DNA from: Octopus bimaculoides
Lineage: Eukaryota
Assembly: GCF_001194135.2 (NCBI RefSeq)
Contig: NC_068997.1
Span: 5,475,719 to 5,525,490 of the forward strand
Reading direction: 5' to 3'
Length of the DNA stretch: 49,772 nucleotides
The notes beneath the pieces were generated by a model. The model was not told where the DNA came from. It did no database searches and saw only the letters and a program-made list of their open reading frames with translations. Both the position numbers and the translations under genes were made by a program. This document shows positions 13,751-27,600 of the stretch, in pieces (position 1 is the stretch's first letter; each line of letters opens with the position of its first letter).

Positions 13751-15279
13751 TTTTTTGTATTCCTCTTTCCTTCATTTTTTCCGGGTATGAATTCTAAACA
13801 ATCACTATTAAGAAGTGTAAGTAAAGAAAGCCTCTGGTGTTTAGAGAAAAAAGGAGGAAAAGTGAACTGATTGCTTTTCTGTTCTATTCTTAGATCTGGA
13901 AGAACAAGAAAATTGAAGCAGAATTTCATAATAGTGGTGTGGCATGCAGACCATCATATAACTTGTTCAACAATGCATTTTTATTCTTCTCTTCTGTTTT
14001 ATTTTAACATGTGCACTGTTTTTCTTTTTCTTTTCCATTTTACAAATTCAGTGTGCACATGCACATTGCATGTTCATACTTCTCTTTCTGGTTCCTACTC
14101 AAAACTGTTTACAGATCACAACCATCTCACAAACTTGCAGTCATGAGGAGCGCTTTGATGGTTGTGGAGAAAAATAGAACGGGAGGTCCAAGAGAGAAAA
14201 GTAGTGAAAATAATTCTGCTTGTCTTTCCATCATAGTAAGAAAAAGCAGTGGTGTAAATTTTTTTTTTGTAGTCTGTTATTCTGTTCAAGAAGGAAACAT
14301 GTAAAAGAGAGAAAACAAAAGAGTGGGAGGTCAAAGATAGAAAGGTAGAGAAAAGCGGAAATTTTACTGCTCGCCTTCCAACCATACTAAACCAGAAGAC
14401 ATGCTGTCAACATATTTTCTCCTGAAGTGCTGATGTTTTTAATGCACTGTGCAGCAGAGATCGAAGACTTGCCTATTCAAAAGTTGGACAGATTTAGATA
14501 AGAAATGGATGTTTAGTCAATTTGCATGTTTGCTTTATTGCCAGTTCTGGTTTATTTTGCATGATTATTCAGTACTGAAGAAAGTATATACTGCTTTTTG
14601 AAAAGATTTAACCCATGGAGAATATTTTTGATCTCTTAAGCCCTGAAATCAGTCGTGACTACTACCCAGAATTTTCTGAACAAATTCACACTTGGAGCAA
14701 AAAGAAGCATCTGGCAAACTATTGTTTTATGATCAAAAAGAAACATTTTCATCCATTAATCCATACCAATGCTTAAAAATTTTATTTCAAATATTTAAAT
14801 TTATTTTAAAAATGTTACAAAAAAATGGAAGCCAGCACCCAAATCTTTAGAATAAAGCTTCAATTCATTAAAAAAAATTATAACCCAGTAACATTTTTCA
14901 TGCTTTCATTCATCCCAAGGAAGGCAAAAAGTCAATTAGCTCAGTTTCCTCTCTACTTTCCCAACCTTTTGTAACAAGAAGCTTTGAAGGTAAAAAAAAT
15001 ATTATCATTCTCAGAAAAGAGAAGTCAAAATCTAAGTGGGGAGCAAAGAATATCATCATTATTTTGATTCCAAGTATTATAAACAGTATGAGTGGATGAT
15101 AGGATGTCCATTCTGAACAAATTGTTCTGTTTCCTATATCTGTTATTTTGTCAACATAAGAACACATGGAGAGCTACTGGCTATTGCAATTTGAACAATT
15201 TGATTACAGTTTTGTCAAAACACAAAAATTTCAGAACCATTTGAATTCTGTAATTGCTCTGAAAGCCTTTAGCTGACAA

Positions 15280-16313
15280 TGAATAGATACAGTGATTGAT
15301 TAATGGAAAGCAGCTTCAATTCCGTTCCATAATTGATCAGTTGAGAAAAATAATGAAATATTGAAAAGGCTAATTTATTGTATTGAAATTTTGGCCTGTC
15401 AAGAATTACCATTTAAGAACATGATGAAACAGAAAAATCAAACAATAAGGATAATTTTCTGGTTATATGTGAAGCAGTAGCGGAATACAATGATTGTTGA
15501 AGATCATATTCAAATTTCATGAAGAGAAATGCCAAGTGCACATTTTCTAGATTTTCAAGTGATATTCAATATGAGATCATTAATTGTATAGCTGCTACAA
15601 CTGAAGCTGAAATTAAGGCAATGATAAAAAACAAAAAAAAACCAGCATTTGTTGCTATCATTCTTAATGAGGTTACACTCTTCAAATGAAATCTCAGTTG
15701 TCACACATTTCGTGATTTGTTGAGAAAGAAAAACTTCAAGAATGGTTTTGGGGTATGTTGATGTCAGTAAAAACAGAAAAGCTGCATTTCTGACAGAAGT
15801 TCAAAAATTAATTTGTTAATGAATTCAATTGTGGCCAAAAATTCATCTCACAAACTTAATGATGAAGCATGATGACTGGGCATTTGGATGGTGAGTAAGT
15901 TAGAATAAAGATTTTTAGTGCAAATATCATTATACATTATTAAGCACATTCACTTAATTTGGTACTCTCTCAATCAATTTCAAGTATACATGTTGAGTTT
16001 TCCTCCACACTTTAAAAAGGGTTTCAACTTTTTCCTCAAAGTCAACAGCTTGAAGGTGATTTCCTAAGTTACCTGAGACAAATTGGAATTATTCATCTCA
16101 ACAAGTATCCATTTTGTCCAACAAAAGTAGTGTTTTTTGGGGTATTTTCAGCCACGCTAGAAAATCTAGAGGATTAGAGTGCTTCAGAATTAGTACATGT
16201 AAGTGGAATCATTGCAATCCTAGGAAATTTTAAGTTTAAATTTTCATTAGTGGCTTGAAGATTCTGTTTTCAGTTCTTCTAAAAGGTTTGCTTGATATTT
16301 TGAGGTCTAAGAA

Positions 16314-16347
<34 letters not shown>

Positions 16348-17400
16348 GTCAATATTGTCATGGTAAGTACAATTGTATCAATCATGGTGTAAGAATAAGC
16401 TGGTTGTATATATTACAAGTGCAAAACTCTTGAACATTTAACATCAGATTTAAGGGAAGATTGAACATACATACATAAATTATCAAATCCTTACTGTTAG
16501 TGAGACTAAGATACAGGGATTGATTTAAATGTGTTTGCTCAGATATTAGTTATCTTAAAGATCCAAGACAGACAAATCTTGTTGAAGCTTTGTTTTGATT
16601 TGCCAAGTCATGTTCTCTTTGAATACCATGAGAGCTTTGGTTGATTTCTAGTACTAAACTGCTTAACTAGAGAAAAAGATGTGAATCTAAAGGACACTTG
16701 ACATGATGTTCTAACTGGTAGTCTGATCTGCAAACTAATTGGTTGATAAATAGAGTGTTTACATTAAGACCACATGTCCCAACTACAGCTCACTTATGAT
16801 AGCAAACTTATAGTTCAGTGAAAAAGGATTCAGATCCTAGGGATCACTACAATATCAAGAACAAGTTTGAAGAATTTCACTGCTGGGTTCTGAATGGTGT
16901 CGCTGAACCACCACAAAAGAGTGGCTGCCATCAAGAATCAGAAGCTGTTTTAAGAACTTTGTTTAACAACATCTTGCTGGAAGTTATGGCTCATTTGTTT
17001 TAAATCTTTGAGTTCAGATTTGTTGAATTGTTGATTCTGAAGTTTTTTCATGTTTATGAAAAAATTTTTGATGGAAACGTTTTCATTTTTGGATGTCTAT
17101 AAAAACATATTGGATTTTTGATGGATTGAAATGCGAGCCGAAATCAGTTTATGTTGCAGATTTTGCAAAGCAAGTCACAAACATAATATGGGAGCTTGAA
17201 CTAAACCAAGCTCTGGCATAAGTAACAAAATTTAGTCTGATTCTGACCATACCTGCCACATCTGCTTCCTGAGAGAAACCACTTTCTCCGTTAAAGTAAA
17301 TAATTATATGAGGTGATCTCAAAGGGAAGAGAGATTGAGTAATTTGGTCTTCATTTCCATGAATAAAGACCTTTTGAAGAAGACGAAGGTAGAGCATGGT
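15280..17400 (+). mobile_element. hAT-superfamily transposase remnant (ZMYM1-like type), heavily decayed
   Basis: Fragments resembling QELPFRGHDE..S.N.GNFL, SSDIQ.EII.CIA, AFVAIIL(D)E, and the C-terminal LILTIPATSAS dimerisation segment at ~17235-17270. Boundaries approximate. Confidence 0.7.
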
Positions 17401-17767
17401 GCTGATACATTTTATAGCAATAAATTTGCAGAAAAAACAAAGAATTGAACAGATACACAAATTTTAAATAGCTCATTATTTGTAGGTTCTATTATTTTCT
17501 CAGATTTTGCTTGTAACCAATAGCAGCCATCATAGCAGGAGCATCAGCAGGTATTGCTAACAGGGGAACAGCAAGTCCAGTGGAGAGGGGTATCAATCTC
17601 AAAGCATGGCCTGCTGGTAGAAGTGCATCTTATTAAAATTAGTTCATACCACATTCACACATAGCAGTTAAGGAATGACGCTTCACTGCCCCTCTCTCTA
17701 CTTTAGTTATCGGGCTGCAAGCCCTGATTTCGAAGTCACTCTTTGTTACTGAAGTATATATATATAT

Positions 17768-18195
17768 AGTAAAATCTATTTGCCAATGTAAAGTGGCAGT
17801 CCTGATGAGGGCAATGTTACTACCTTTTTTAGCCCCAGGAAAACATCTTTCCCAGCTGGCCACTCACACATAATTGCATCCTTACACCTTGAACAAGGGA
17901 GCTAATGTTCCCTCTCAGCTTGAAACGGTAACTGCGGACCATGGTTTCTGGGTTATTTCTCTTCATTGGCACAGGATAACTGTTGGCTAGAGATGGCAAC
18001 ACTAAGCCTTGTTCAAGGTATATACTCTTAAAGTGACACACAGTCACTGATCTCATAAAGAGGAAAACAATATTTTAAATCTATGAGGGAGAAGTAAGTA
18101 GTAACATGCTACAGAGTAAAATTTATTTGCCAACGTAAAGTGACAGTCCTGATTAGGATGATGTTACTACCTTTTTTTAGCCCCAGGAAAACATA
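17768..18195. repeat. ~80-bp direct repeat pair (17768-17847 and ~18115-18195)
   Basis: GTAAAAT.TATTTGCCAA.GTAAAGTG.CAGTCCTGAT.AGG...TGTTACTACCTTTTTTTAGCCCCAGGAAAACAT occurs twice, ~347 bp apart. Confidence 0.85.
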
Positions 18196-19534
18196 AAATG
18201 AGTCAAAAGTTTTGTGTAATAATAGTAGACTGCTGTTACAGGTAGGAGTTTAAATATGTTGGACTGTCACAGAATGATGTTCAGAGATTTTCAAGAGACA
18301 CACAAAATCAAATTTCACCCCACAAGTTGCATAACACATAATATTCAATATAATAAACATTCATAAATTCAATGTGTTATTGTTTTGGTTTAAATCCTGC
18401 TGAAGTTAACTTTTTCATAATTTCAAAGTCAATAAAATAAAGTACCAGGTGAATACTTGGGCTAATTTAGTCAACTAACCTCCTCCTCCAAGTTTCTGGC
18501 CTTGTGCCTAAATGAACATTATAGTTGGATGCTGGCTTTTTCTTTGTCATTAGCCAATATCATAAAACCAAAGATTTTCAAAAAATTGGATGGAATTTTT
18601 ACATGTCTGAGTCATGAAAAGCTATTCTACAAGGCAAGTTTTTATTTGACTTCTAAACACACAAAAGGCAATTTTTTTATCAACATTTTGAAGTACGTTT
18701 AGGTTCACCTTCATTCCTAATGGCATCAACTCAACAAAGCAAAAATAACAACAATTCTTCAAATGTGAAGTGGAAGCACCAACAAGCCTGCTTTGCAACA
18801 TTCCATACATTTAAAAACAGAAAATCTTTGTACTTGTACTATTTGTATTTTCAGAGAAAAATAGTTTTTAGCAAATGATTCCGAGTACTTGCTTGGAAAC
18901 TAAATTAACACCTGCATACAAACAAAACATCATTGAGCAAAAAAATGTATACAAGACTATTTTGGAGCTGTGCCATCTTGCGAGCATTAAACCAAGTGTA
19001 AATAAGACTGATAGTGCCACAAAGACAGGCCAGTTTTCTCATTTTAGGTAGCAAAATCTATGTAAAGGCTTTCTGTTCTGAAGAACTGAATAAAAAAAAA
19101 AAAAAAAAAAGGTAAGAACAAGCAAGTTCTGGAAGTTGGCATTCCAGTCACATTATCAGTTGTAGCACTGATTGTAGCTTCAAGACTGGCCAGATAAATG
19201 TCACCATGTATTCACTCAAATACAGCCCTATGGACATGGAGCAAAAGAGTGTAGTTGACTCCTGATCTTTGATCTGTTACATGGATTTTAGTGTTATCTA
19301 AACACTGTGGCTAGACATTTCTTTTGCCAGGCCACTCCACAGGCTGTTTCTTTGTCTGTGATGTCACTATACACCACAGACCTTGTATCTACAAACATAA
19401 AAAGTGCTGACTTGAGCAACTATTATTTCAATTAACTGAATTTTTTCTAGAAACTGTTTTTGATAAATTGTTTCAATGAATTGTGTGAATACCTGTTCAA
19501 CCTATATCGGCATGGGTAAAACCCAACTAATATT

Positions 19535-19749
19535 GGTTTCAAATTTTGGTACAAAGCCAGCAATTTCGGGAGTAGGACTTGAGTCAATTAAATCGATTCC
19601 AGTGCTCAACTGGTACTTATTTTATCAATCTCAAAAGGGGGAAAGGCAAAGTTGACCACAGTAGCATTTGAACTCAGATCGTAAAGATGGATAAAATGCC
19701 GCTAAGCATTTTGCTGGGCATGCTAACCATTCTGCCATCTCACTGCCTT
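19535..19749 (-). mobile_element. SINE family A copy (minus strand)
   Basis: Reverse complement reads GGCAGTGAGATGGCAGAATGGTTAGCATGCCCAGCAAAATGCTTAGCGG...TGAGTTCAAATG. Confidence 0.8.
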
Positions 19750-20066
19750 AAACCCAACTAATATTAATTTCTAATAGCACAAGGACACAAAATTTGAGAA
19801 AGAGCAGAGACAATTAAACTGAGACTGTCAACCCTAACCTGGAAGAACAAAAGGCAAAGACAATTAAGATGGATTTAAACACTGAATATAAAGAGATAAA
19901 TGAAAACTTCAAGGAGTTTATTTTTTTTATTGAGTTTAGTGGTGATTGATCTCCCCGATAGTAAAACAATGATGATGATGATAATGATAATGGTGATGAT
20001 AGTAACAAAAACGACAAATGTACATAAAAAGAATATAGGCGTGTCCCCCTCCGCTCTATAAATCAG

Positions 20067-20072
20067 TTTATT
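20067..20072 (-). promoter_or_regulatory. Candidate polyadenylation signal (AATAAA) of the SLC22 gene
   Basis: AATAAA on the minus strand ~60 nt after the stop, followed by a T/GT-rich tract. Further AATAAA hexamers near 19917-19932 are alternatives. Confidence 0.4.
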
Positions 20073-20132
20073 AACACCAGTAACATAATCCCAATGAGGC
20101 TACCTAACTTGTCTTCTTCACCTCCCTCTTTT

Positions 20133-20351
20133 TCAGCTTATTTCTCCCTGTGTGAACTGTTTTTCAGTGGCATTTTTCACAGTCCGACAGCAAAAGATTT
20201 GATAGAAAGGTTTCTCAGACCATCCTTCAATTTGTTCCACAGACTCTGGCAGAGCTTTCAGGTGGGTTTCAGGTAACAGCAGGACTAGAATAGCACCAAT
20301 TACATTCAGCACACCAAAAATAATTAATATCACAAATGGTATATCTTTTGT
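20133..20351 (-). CDS. SLC22 terminal coding exon 9 (TKDIPFVILI...LLLPETHLKALPES...GEIS*)
   Basis: Acceptor ATTTCTCTTTCAG|ACA; TM12 and the LPET..LPES motif; TGA at 20135-20133. Confidence 0.92.
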   Translation of the reverse strand, partial: TKDIPFVILIIFGVLNVIGAILVLLLPETHLKALPESVEQIEGWSEKPFYQIFCCRTVKNATEKQFTQGEIS

Positions 20352-21571
20352 CTGAAAGAGAAATAAAAGTATATTAAAATTTGGAAATTATGATTCCAAC
20401 AATGAAAAAGCCCCAAGTGGTCTCATTAGAGAAGATTTTCCATAAATAGATTTAACAATTTTGGAAACAGAACTAATATATAATATATGAATGGGTGTTG
20501 TATAAAATTGGACATAAACATGGTCTTTAAGATATCCAAAAATTACGTGTGTACAAACATGCATACAAACATATATACTCACATATACACGCGTGGCCCA
20601 GGAAGGAAGAAAGCATCCTCCATAATGTCCACTTCCAGTTGTAGCATATCTATAAAACACTTTACCCACATAATTCCTCCCTGTTTTTCATGCAATCTCA
20701 ACTTAAATTGTTCTCGGATGCCCAGTTATGCATTGCTAAGCTAAGATATTCTCTTGTCTTTCAATCTTTTCACTCATCCATTCACGATTAACACTTAATA
20801 TGTACTATTATTTACGTTTATTTATTTATTTATGTATTATTTATTTACTAATATCTTTCGTAAACTAATTATTTAAATTGACCCTTCAATATATAACTTC
20901 CTAAATCTCCCTTTCTCTCAGCCTTTGTTCCTCCTTAATTCGTCATGTAATTTTCTAAATGGAATGTCTTCTGCGGTCCTGTGTTCTCAAGCTGGCTACA
21001 TATTTTTTGTACCCTCTATCTAAATTAACCCTTGCTTGTTTGTGGTGCGCCCGCCCATTCCCACCACCAATACTGGATCTCTCTCTCTCTCTCTTCTCCC
21101 TCCACCAACACCGGATATCTCTCTCTCTTCTCCCACCACCATTACAGGATATCTTTCTTCTCTCCCACTACCATTACCAGATATCTCTCTTCTCTCACCA
21201 GAAACCTCACTGGTGGCATCCTCTATCACACCTGCAATCTCTTCTCCCTCTCAAACTCCCAGAACAAATGCAACTAGTTTAGCTGCCCACCTACTTAATT
21301 GGCTATCTTTCGACTTAACTCAAAATTTGTCAACAAACTACTCAATAATTTCCATGGACGTATCGAAGGGAATGTAAAAGCTAATGGGCAATACACGTGT
21401 GCTTGTTCTGTGTGTGTGCATGCATGGGAAGAAATAAGAAGAATAGTACGGAAAATACAAAAAATATTTAGCAAACATGAAACCCGGAGAGAACAAGCAA
21501 GGGTTAATTTAGATAGAAGGTACAAAAAATATGTAGCCAACTTGAGAACACAGTAGGGAAGAAGAGATTCC

Positions 21572-21606
<35 letters not shown>

Positions 21607-24600
21607 GGGAGAGAGAGAGAGAGAGAGAGAGAGATTTAGGAAATTATACATTGAAGGGTCAACTTATAAAATTAGCTTATGAAAGTAGATATTATTAAAT
21701 AAATAATACAATTATCTCTGCCTATGGCCCCACAAGCGGGCCTACCAAACGATCAGAAGGACCACTTTTATGACACCCTTCTACAGGCCACCTCAAAGAC
21801 GAGTGGCAATGACCTCGTCTTTGCGGCTGGTGATTTTAATGGGTATGTCGGACTGCAATCCGGTATCTTCTATGGTGTTCATGGGGGCCATGGAATTGGT
21901 TCCCAATACAAAGAGGGAACTAGGCTACTGGAGTTCTGTGATGCATGCAACCTATTAACCCTTTCATTACTATATTTCAGACCAAAATACACCCCTCATG
22001 AGTTTCAATTAAATTCTAAAATAATCATGAATTTAAACTAGTCTCATTAAACACCTGTAACTTTTTTTATTTATCAACATATTAATGTGATATTTGGAAC
22101 ATAATTGAAGAAAGGGCTCTTAATCAATTCTATTGCATAATTTTTGTCTCAAAGTTCTCCACGTACTGGGGTACTGCTAGTGTCTCTCACATGTAAATAT
22201 TGGTTCGGCTCCACGAATCGTACTTGCGTCATAATACTGGAAACATATTCATTGCCAAAAGGTTCCTGATTGCTCCAGTAATTTGTTATTCTGGGTAATT
22301 GTCTAATACCCAGAATAATATTTATGGCAAAAAAATGCCCTTATTTCATCTACAGTTTCAGGAAACCACAAGCTATCTTTTTTTCCAGCTTGTTTACATT
22401 CTGCGTAACGGTTTGTTTCCGCAGTAATCATTTCAAACAAGCATGCTGGAAAAAATAAGAAAAAGAAGTCTAAAGGTTTCGCTTCCTGAGAAAGACTATG
22501 GGTTAGACCCTGTCTCCTCAGAAAAATTGTTAATAAAAATATTTNNNNNNNNNNNNNNNNNNNNNNNNNNNNNNNNNNNNNNNNNNNNNNNNNNNNNNNN
22601 NNNNNNNNNNNNNNNNNNNNNNNNNNNNNNNNNNNNNNNNNNNNNNNNNNNNNNNNNNNNNNNNNNNNNNNNNNNNNNNNNNNNNNNNNNNNNNNNNNNN
22701 NNNNNNNNNNNNNNNNNNNNNNNNNNNNNNNNNNNNNNNNNNNNNNNNNNNNNNNNNNNNNNNNNNNNNNNNNNNNNNNNNNNNNNNNNNNNNNNNNNNN
22801 NNNNNNNNNNNNNNNNNNNNNNNNNNNNCCAAACTTCACTGAGTTCAAATATCACGCTAAACAATGTCGGATACAATAACTCAACTGTTTGCAAAGTGAA
22901 ATCAGGTGTTTTAACGAATGTACTAACGAGATTTGGGTTCAAATATACATTTAAATAACAACGGGGGGTACTCTCGGCCGGCTACAGACGGGTTGGTCTT
23001 ATGAACCAAAAAATTTTTCGGCCGGCTACGGCCGGGTTAGTAACGAAAGGGTTAATCTGCAACACTAACTTCAGGAAGCCAGACAGCCACCTGATAACCT
23101 ATCAATCAGGCAACTCTGCTAGACAGATTGATTTCATCCTCACCAGACAGTGGGATGCAGGGTTGCTCTTAAATACAAAGACTCTCCCTGGTGAAGAGTG
23201 TACCCCCCAGCATAGACCAGTTATTAATGACTTTAGACTTAAGGCCAGAAGGATGCCAAGAAGACCAATCCAGAAAAGAAGGATTTAGAAGCTGAAGAAC
23301 CACACAGCTACATATTGATGTTACACTGGCACAAACCCCACCAAAAAAGAAGTTAAAGTCACACTAACTTCATCTCAAAGACTGGTTGTATTTCAACCTT
23401 TGTCAGCAGCATCACATTTGTACACCTGTTTTCCATGGTTGCATGGGTCAGACATTTGTTGGATAAGAATTGACCAGATCCACTTCTTATCACCATCTTT
23501 TACCTGTTTCCAAACAAGTTAACATTTCTTCATGATTAGACATGTTTTCATGGAAGGCTGGAAAGAATATTGCTTGCATGACAGTGACATTCGTTTATAA
23601 TTATTATGTGATGTCAAGACAAGAAATTAGTAACACACACAACAATAAGCTTCTTTCACTTTCTGTGTACTAAATCCACTTAGCTTGGGGCTATAGTAAA
23701 AGACACTTGCCCAAGAAACCATGTGATTGGGAAGTAAAATCCTTATGATACAGCCACACCTGTAGAAGCAGAGATAGCTGTGAGACATTGATGCTCATCT
23801 GGCACATGTCATCAAAGAAAAATGGACGTACAATGCTGGCAATGATGAAGAATTTTGATTGAGAAGTTAACTTACAGAGGGGTAATATTTAATTTTGCAA
23901 TTCTAATGTATTTAAGTGCATGATCTCAACAGATATGAACAAATGAGAGGGGTTGATTTTGTCTACTTACTGTTAAAAGTATAATTGGTGCAAAAATTCC
24001 GCCAAGATTTTCAAAAAATGAAGCAAAACCCATTGCTTGATTTCTGTAAAAGATAACAATAATAAAAAGTGTTATTTTACTTTTGTTGAGATGTACAAAA
24101 AAGAGACACACACACACACACACCTTCCTCTTTCATTGGTATGCTTAACACTCAACTTACAGTATACACAAACTTTTAGCTCAACTGTCATTGTACATAT
24201 ACATACATATTCAAACGTATATATATCGAAAGGTAATACTTATCCCCACTTAAAGATGAATCCACATTTAAGTGAGGATAAGTATTACCTCTTGATATTG
24301 ATAGGGCCTCAGTTACTAATATTTACACATATGATATACATACACACACTTATATATACTCACATCTCTACGTACATATATATATAGACATATATAATAT
24401 ATACATATACACATACATATATATAGACATATATACACATATACATAAATATACACATATACATAAATATACATATATACACATATACATATACATATAT
24501 CCTTTTATTTTTATTATTTTATCTAGATCCAGCTCACGAGCTGTGGCTATGCTGGGGCACCACCATTTGGTGTTGCTACATAATTATTAAACAATAAGAA

Positions 24601-27600
24601 AAAGAAAAAGTACACTTAGTATTACCCATTATAATAGGTTTATCACATCCCTTTAAAAAGTTACGGACCAGCACCAAGTTATATATATATATAAACACAC
24701 ACACATATATATATACATGTACATTTATATACATATACAAATACATATATATACTAGCAACGAAAAATGGTGCCTGTACATCAATATGAAGCAGTGTAAG
24801 GAATGGCTTAGCCCCGGTAAACAAGCGACACCACGCATGAAACAAGATCTTCATCCGCATAAAACGATGTTGTGCATATGGTAGGACTGGGAAAGGATTA
24901 TCTATTACGAATTGCTTGAATGGAACGAAATGGTCAACTCGGAACTCTATATTCAACAGATGGAATGACTCAACATAGTTATTCAGGAGAAAAGACCTAA
25001 TGAGCAGCATGGAGTTCTTCTGCTGCACGACAATGCCCGCCCTCATATCACCAATATGACCAAGGAGGCCATTCAAATGCATGGCTGGGAAGTGCTGCCA
25101 CACCTGCTATACTCTCCTGATTTGGCACCAATGGATTTCCACCTCTTTCGAGCTCCTTCAAATGCTATGCACAGAGTTTTGTTCAATACTGATGCAGAAT
25201 TCAGAGCTTGGTTGGATCAATTTTACGAGTCGAAATCGAGTGATTTCTACCAACGAGATACAAGAATTAAGATGAAGAGGAGCTTCAGCCAGAGTCCACA
25301 CTAGAATAGGGAGTATATTTCTTGCAGAGAAATGGGTGGATAAAGTCATAGAGGTAGTGAGGGTGTGTGGTAGAGTACTTAAACTCAGGCTAGTCTTGCA
25401 GAATGGTATAGCTACAGTAATCTCTGCCTATGCCCCACAAGCAGGCCTATCAAATGAACAGAAGGATCACTTTTAATAAATTCTTCTGCAGGCTACTTCA
25501 AAGACAAGTGACAATGATCTCATCTTCATGGGTGGAGATTTTAATGGGCATGTTGGACAGCAATCTTGTATCTTCCATGGTGTACATGGAAGCCATGGAG
25601 TTGGTACCAGAAATGAAGAGGGAACTAGGCTTCTGGAGTTCTACAATGCAAACTGATCTGCAACACCAGCTTCAGGAAGCCAGCTAGCCACCTGATAACC
25701 TATCAATCATGTGACTCTGGTTGCCAGATCGATATCATTCTCACCAGACAGCAGGATGGATGGTTGCTCTTAAATATACAAAGACCCTCCCTGGTGAAGA
25801 ATGTACCCCCAACATAGACTAGTTATTAGTGATTTTAGACTCGAGGCCAGAAGGATGCCAAAAAGCAGACCAATCTGGAAAAGAAGGACTTGGAAGCTTA
25901 GGAATCCTTCACATGGTCAGAGATTTAGGGATATCCTTACCAAGAAATTTGATGATAGGGAGGAGGAGCTACAGTCATGTGACATAGAAGGCAGCTGGGA
26001 ATTCCTGCAAGACAGCTTGCTGAGTGCCACAGACCAAATCTGTGTCTGGTGCAAAGTCCCTTCCAGACCTAGGGTAACATGGTGGAACAATACTGTAGAG
26101 AGGGCCATCAGGGTAAAGAAACAGGCTTGGAATGCCTGGAAGAGTGGGAGGTAGCAGGAGAATGTATCAGATAGCCAGAAGAGAAGCTGAGAGACAAGTA
26201 TATATAGCCAAGAGAGTAGCAGAAAAGATGTTTGCTGATGTTCAGCAACGTGAGGACCATAGAACTGAAGTATTTCGAATTGCAAGACTGTGTGTGAGAG
26301 AAAACCGTGATGTCATAGGAGAGAACTGTGTCCGCTTGAATGATGGTGCCCTTGCATTTAATGATTCTGCAAAGAAAGAGGCTCGGAGAAGCCATTATGT
26401 GGAGATTGAATGGGAGGAGGACCCAATGCCAAAGGTTGAAACAGTTGATGGACCAGCTATCCGAATTGACAGTACCCAGGTAGATAAAGCATAAGGATGT
26501 GAAGACAGGGAAAGCATCTGGCCCATCAGGAATCACCACTGGGATGCTTAAAATATCGGGCGGTGTGGGTTATGGTTTTGTCATCCGCATCGTAAATCAG
26601 GTAGTTCATGAAGGAGTCATTCCCAATGACATACACCATAGTCAACTGTTACAAGGGGAAAGGTGGTGCCTTAGATAGCAATAACTACAGGGGTACCAAA
26701 TTATTGGATCAGGTGATGAAAGTTACAGAGAGGGTCATAGCCCAACGAATTAGGGAGAGGGTTAGCCAAGATGAGATGCAGTTTGGTTTTGTGCCAGGCA
26801 GAAGCACCACTGATGCTATCTTTCTGGTAAGACAGCTGCAGGAGAAATACCTAGCCACAGATAAATCTCTGTACATGGCTTTTGTTGATTTGGAGAATGC
26901 CTTTGACAGGGTATCTCTGATCGCTTATCTAGTGGTCAATGTGGAAGTTGGGGATAGACAAGTGGCTGGTAAGGTGAGGGTTGGCAACAAGTAGAGTGAA
27001 GAATTCTGAGTAGATGTAGGGGTTCACCAAGGATCAGTTCTCAGCCCCCTCTTATTCATTATAGTCCTCCAGGCAATAACAGAGGAATTCAAGATAGGCT
27101 GCCCCTGGGAGCTCCTCTATACTGATGACCTTGCTCTAATAGCCAAGTCACTGCCAGAACTGGAGATGAAGTTTAGGGTATGGAAGCAAGGTCTAGAATC
27201 GAAGGGCCTTAGGGTTAACCTAGCAAAAACCAAAGTCTTAGTAAGTAGGAAGGCTGTCAAATCACAATCCCCTTCAGGTAGATAGCCCTGCTTGATCTGT
27301 AGAAAAGGCATGGGTAGAAACTCTATAGGACATACCCATATGGACACATAAAAGGTGCAGCAATATCAAAGGAAGGCTCATCGGAAAAATAGTTTTTGTG
27401 TGTGGCAGATGCACTGGGGCAATAAACACTGAATGTACAGTAAACAGATTCATTACATGCCAAGGAGAGAAACTAGAAGTAGTTAATAGCTTCTGCTACC
27501 GAGGTGACCAAATCTGTAGTGGGGGTGGCTGCTCTAAGAGTGTAGCGACTAGAGTAATAACCTGGGCAAAGTTCAGGGAGCTCCTACCTCTGCTGGCAAC

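Noticed and set aside
14100-14760. Moderately complex, possibly protein-derived stretch
   Set aside because: Stops in all frames and no motif I could identify; probably old TE, left unassigned.
18950-19400. Coding-looking minus-strand segment with a T-tract and CAG acceptor near 19085, a possible extra exon or second gene
   Set aside because: All three frames close within ~16 codons after the acceptor and no recognisable motif is present.
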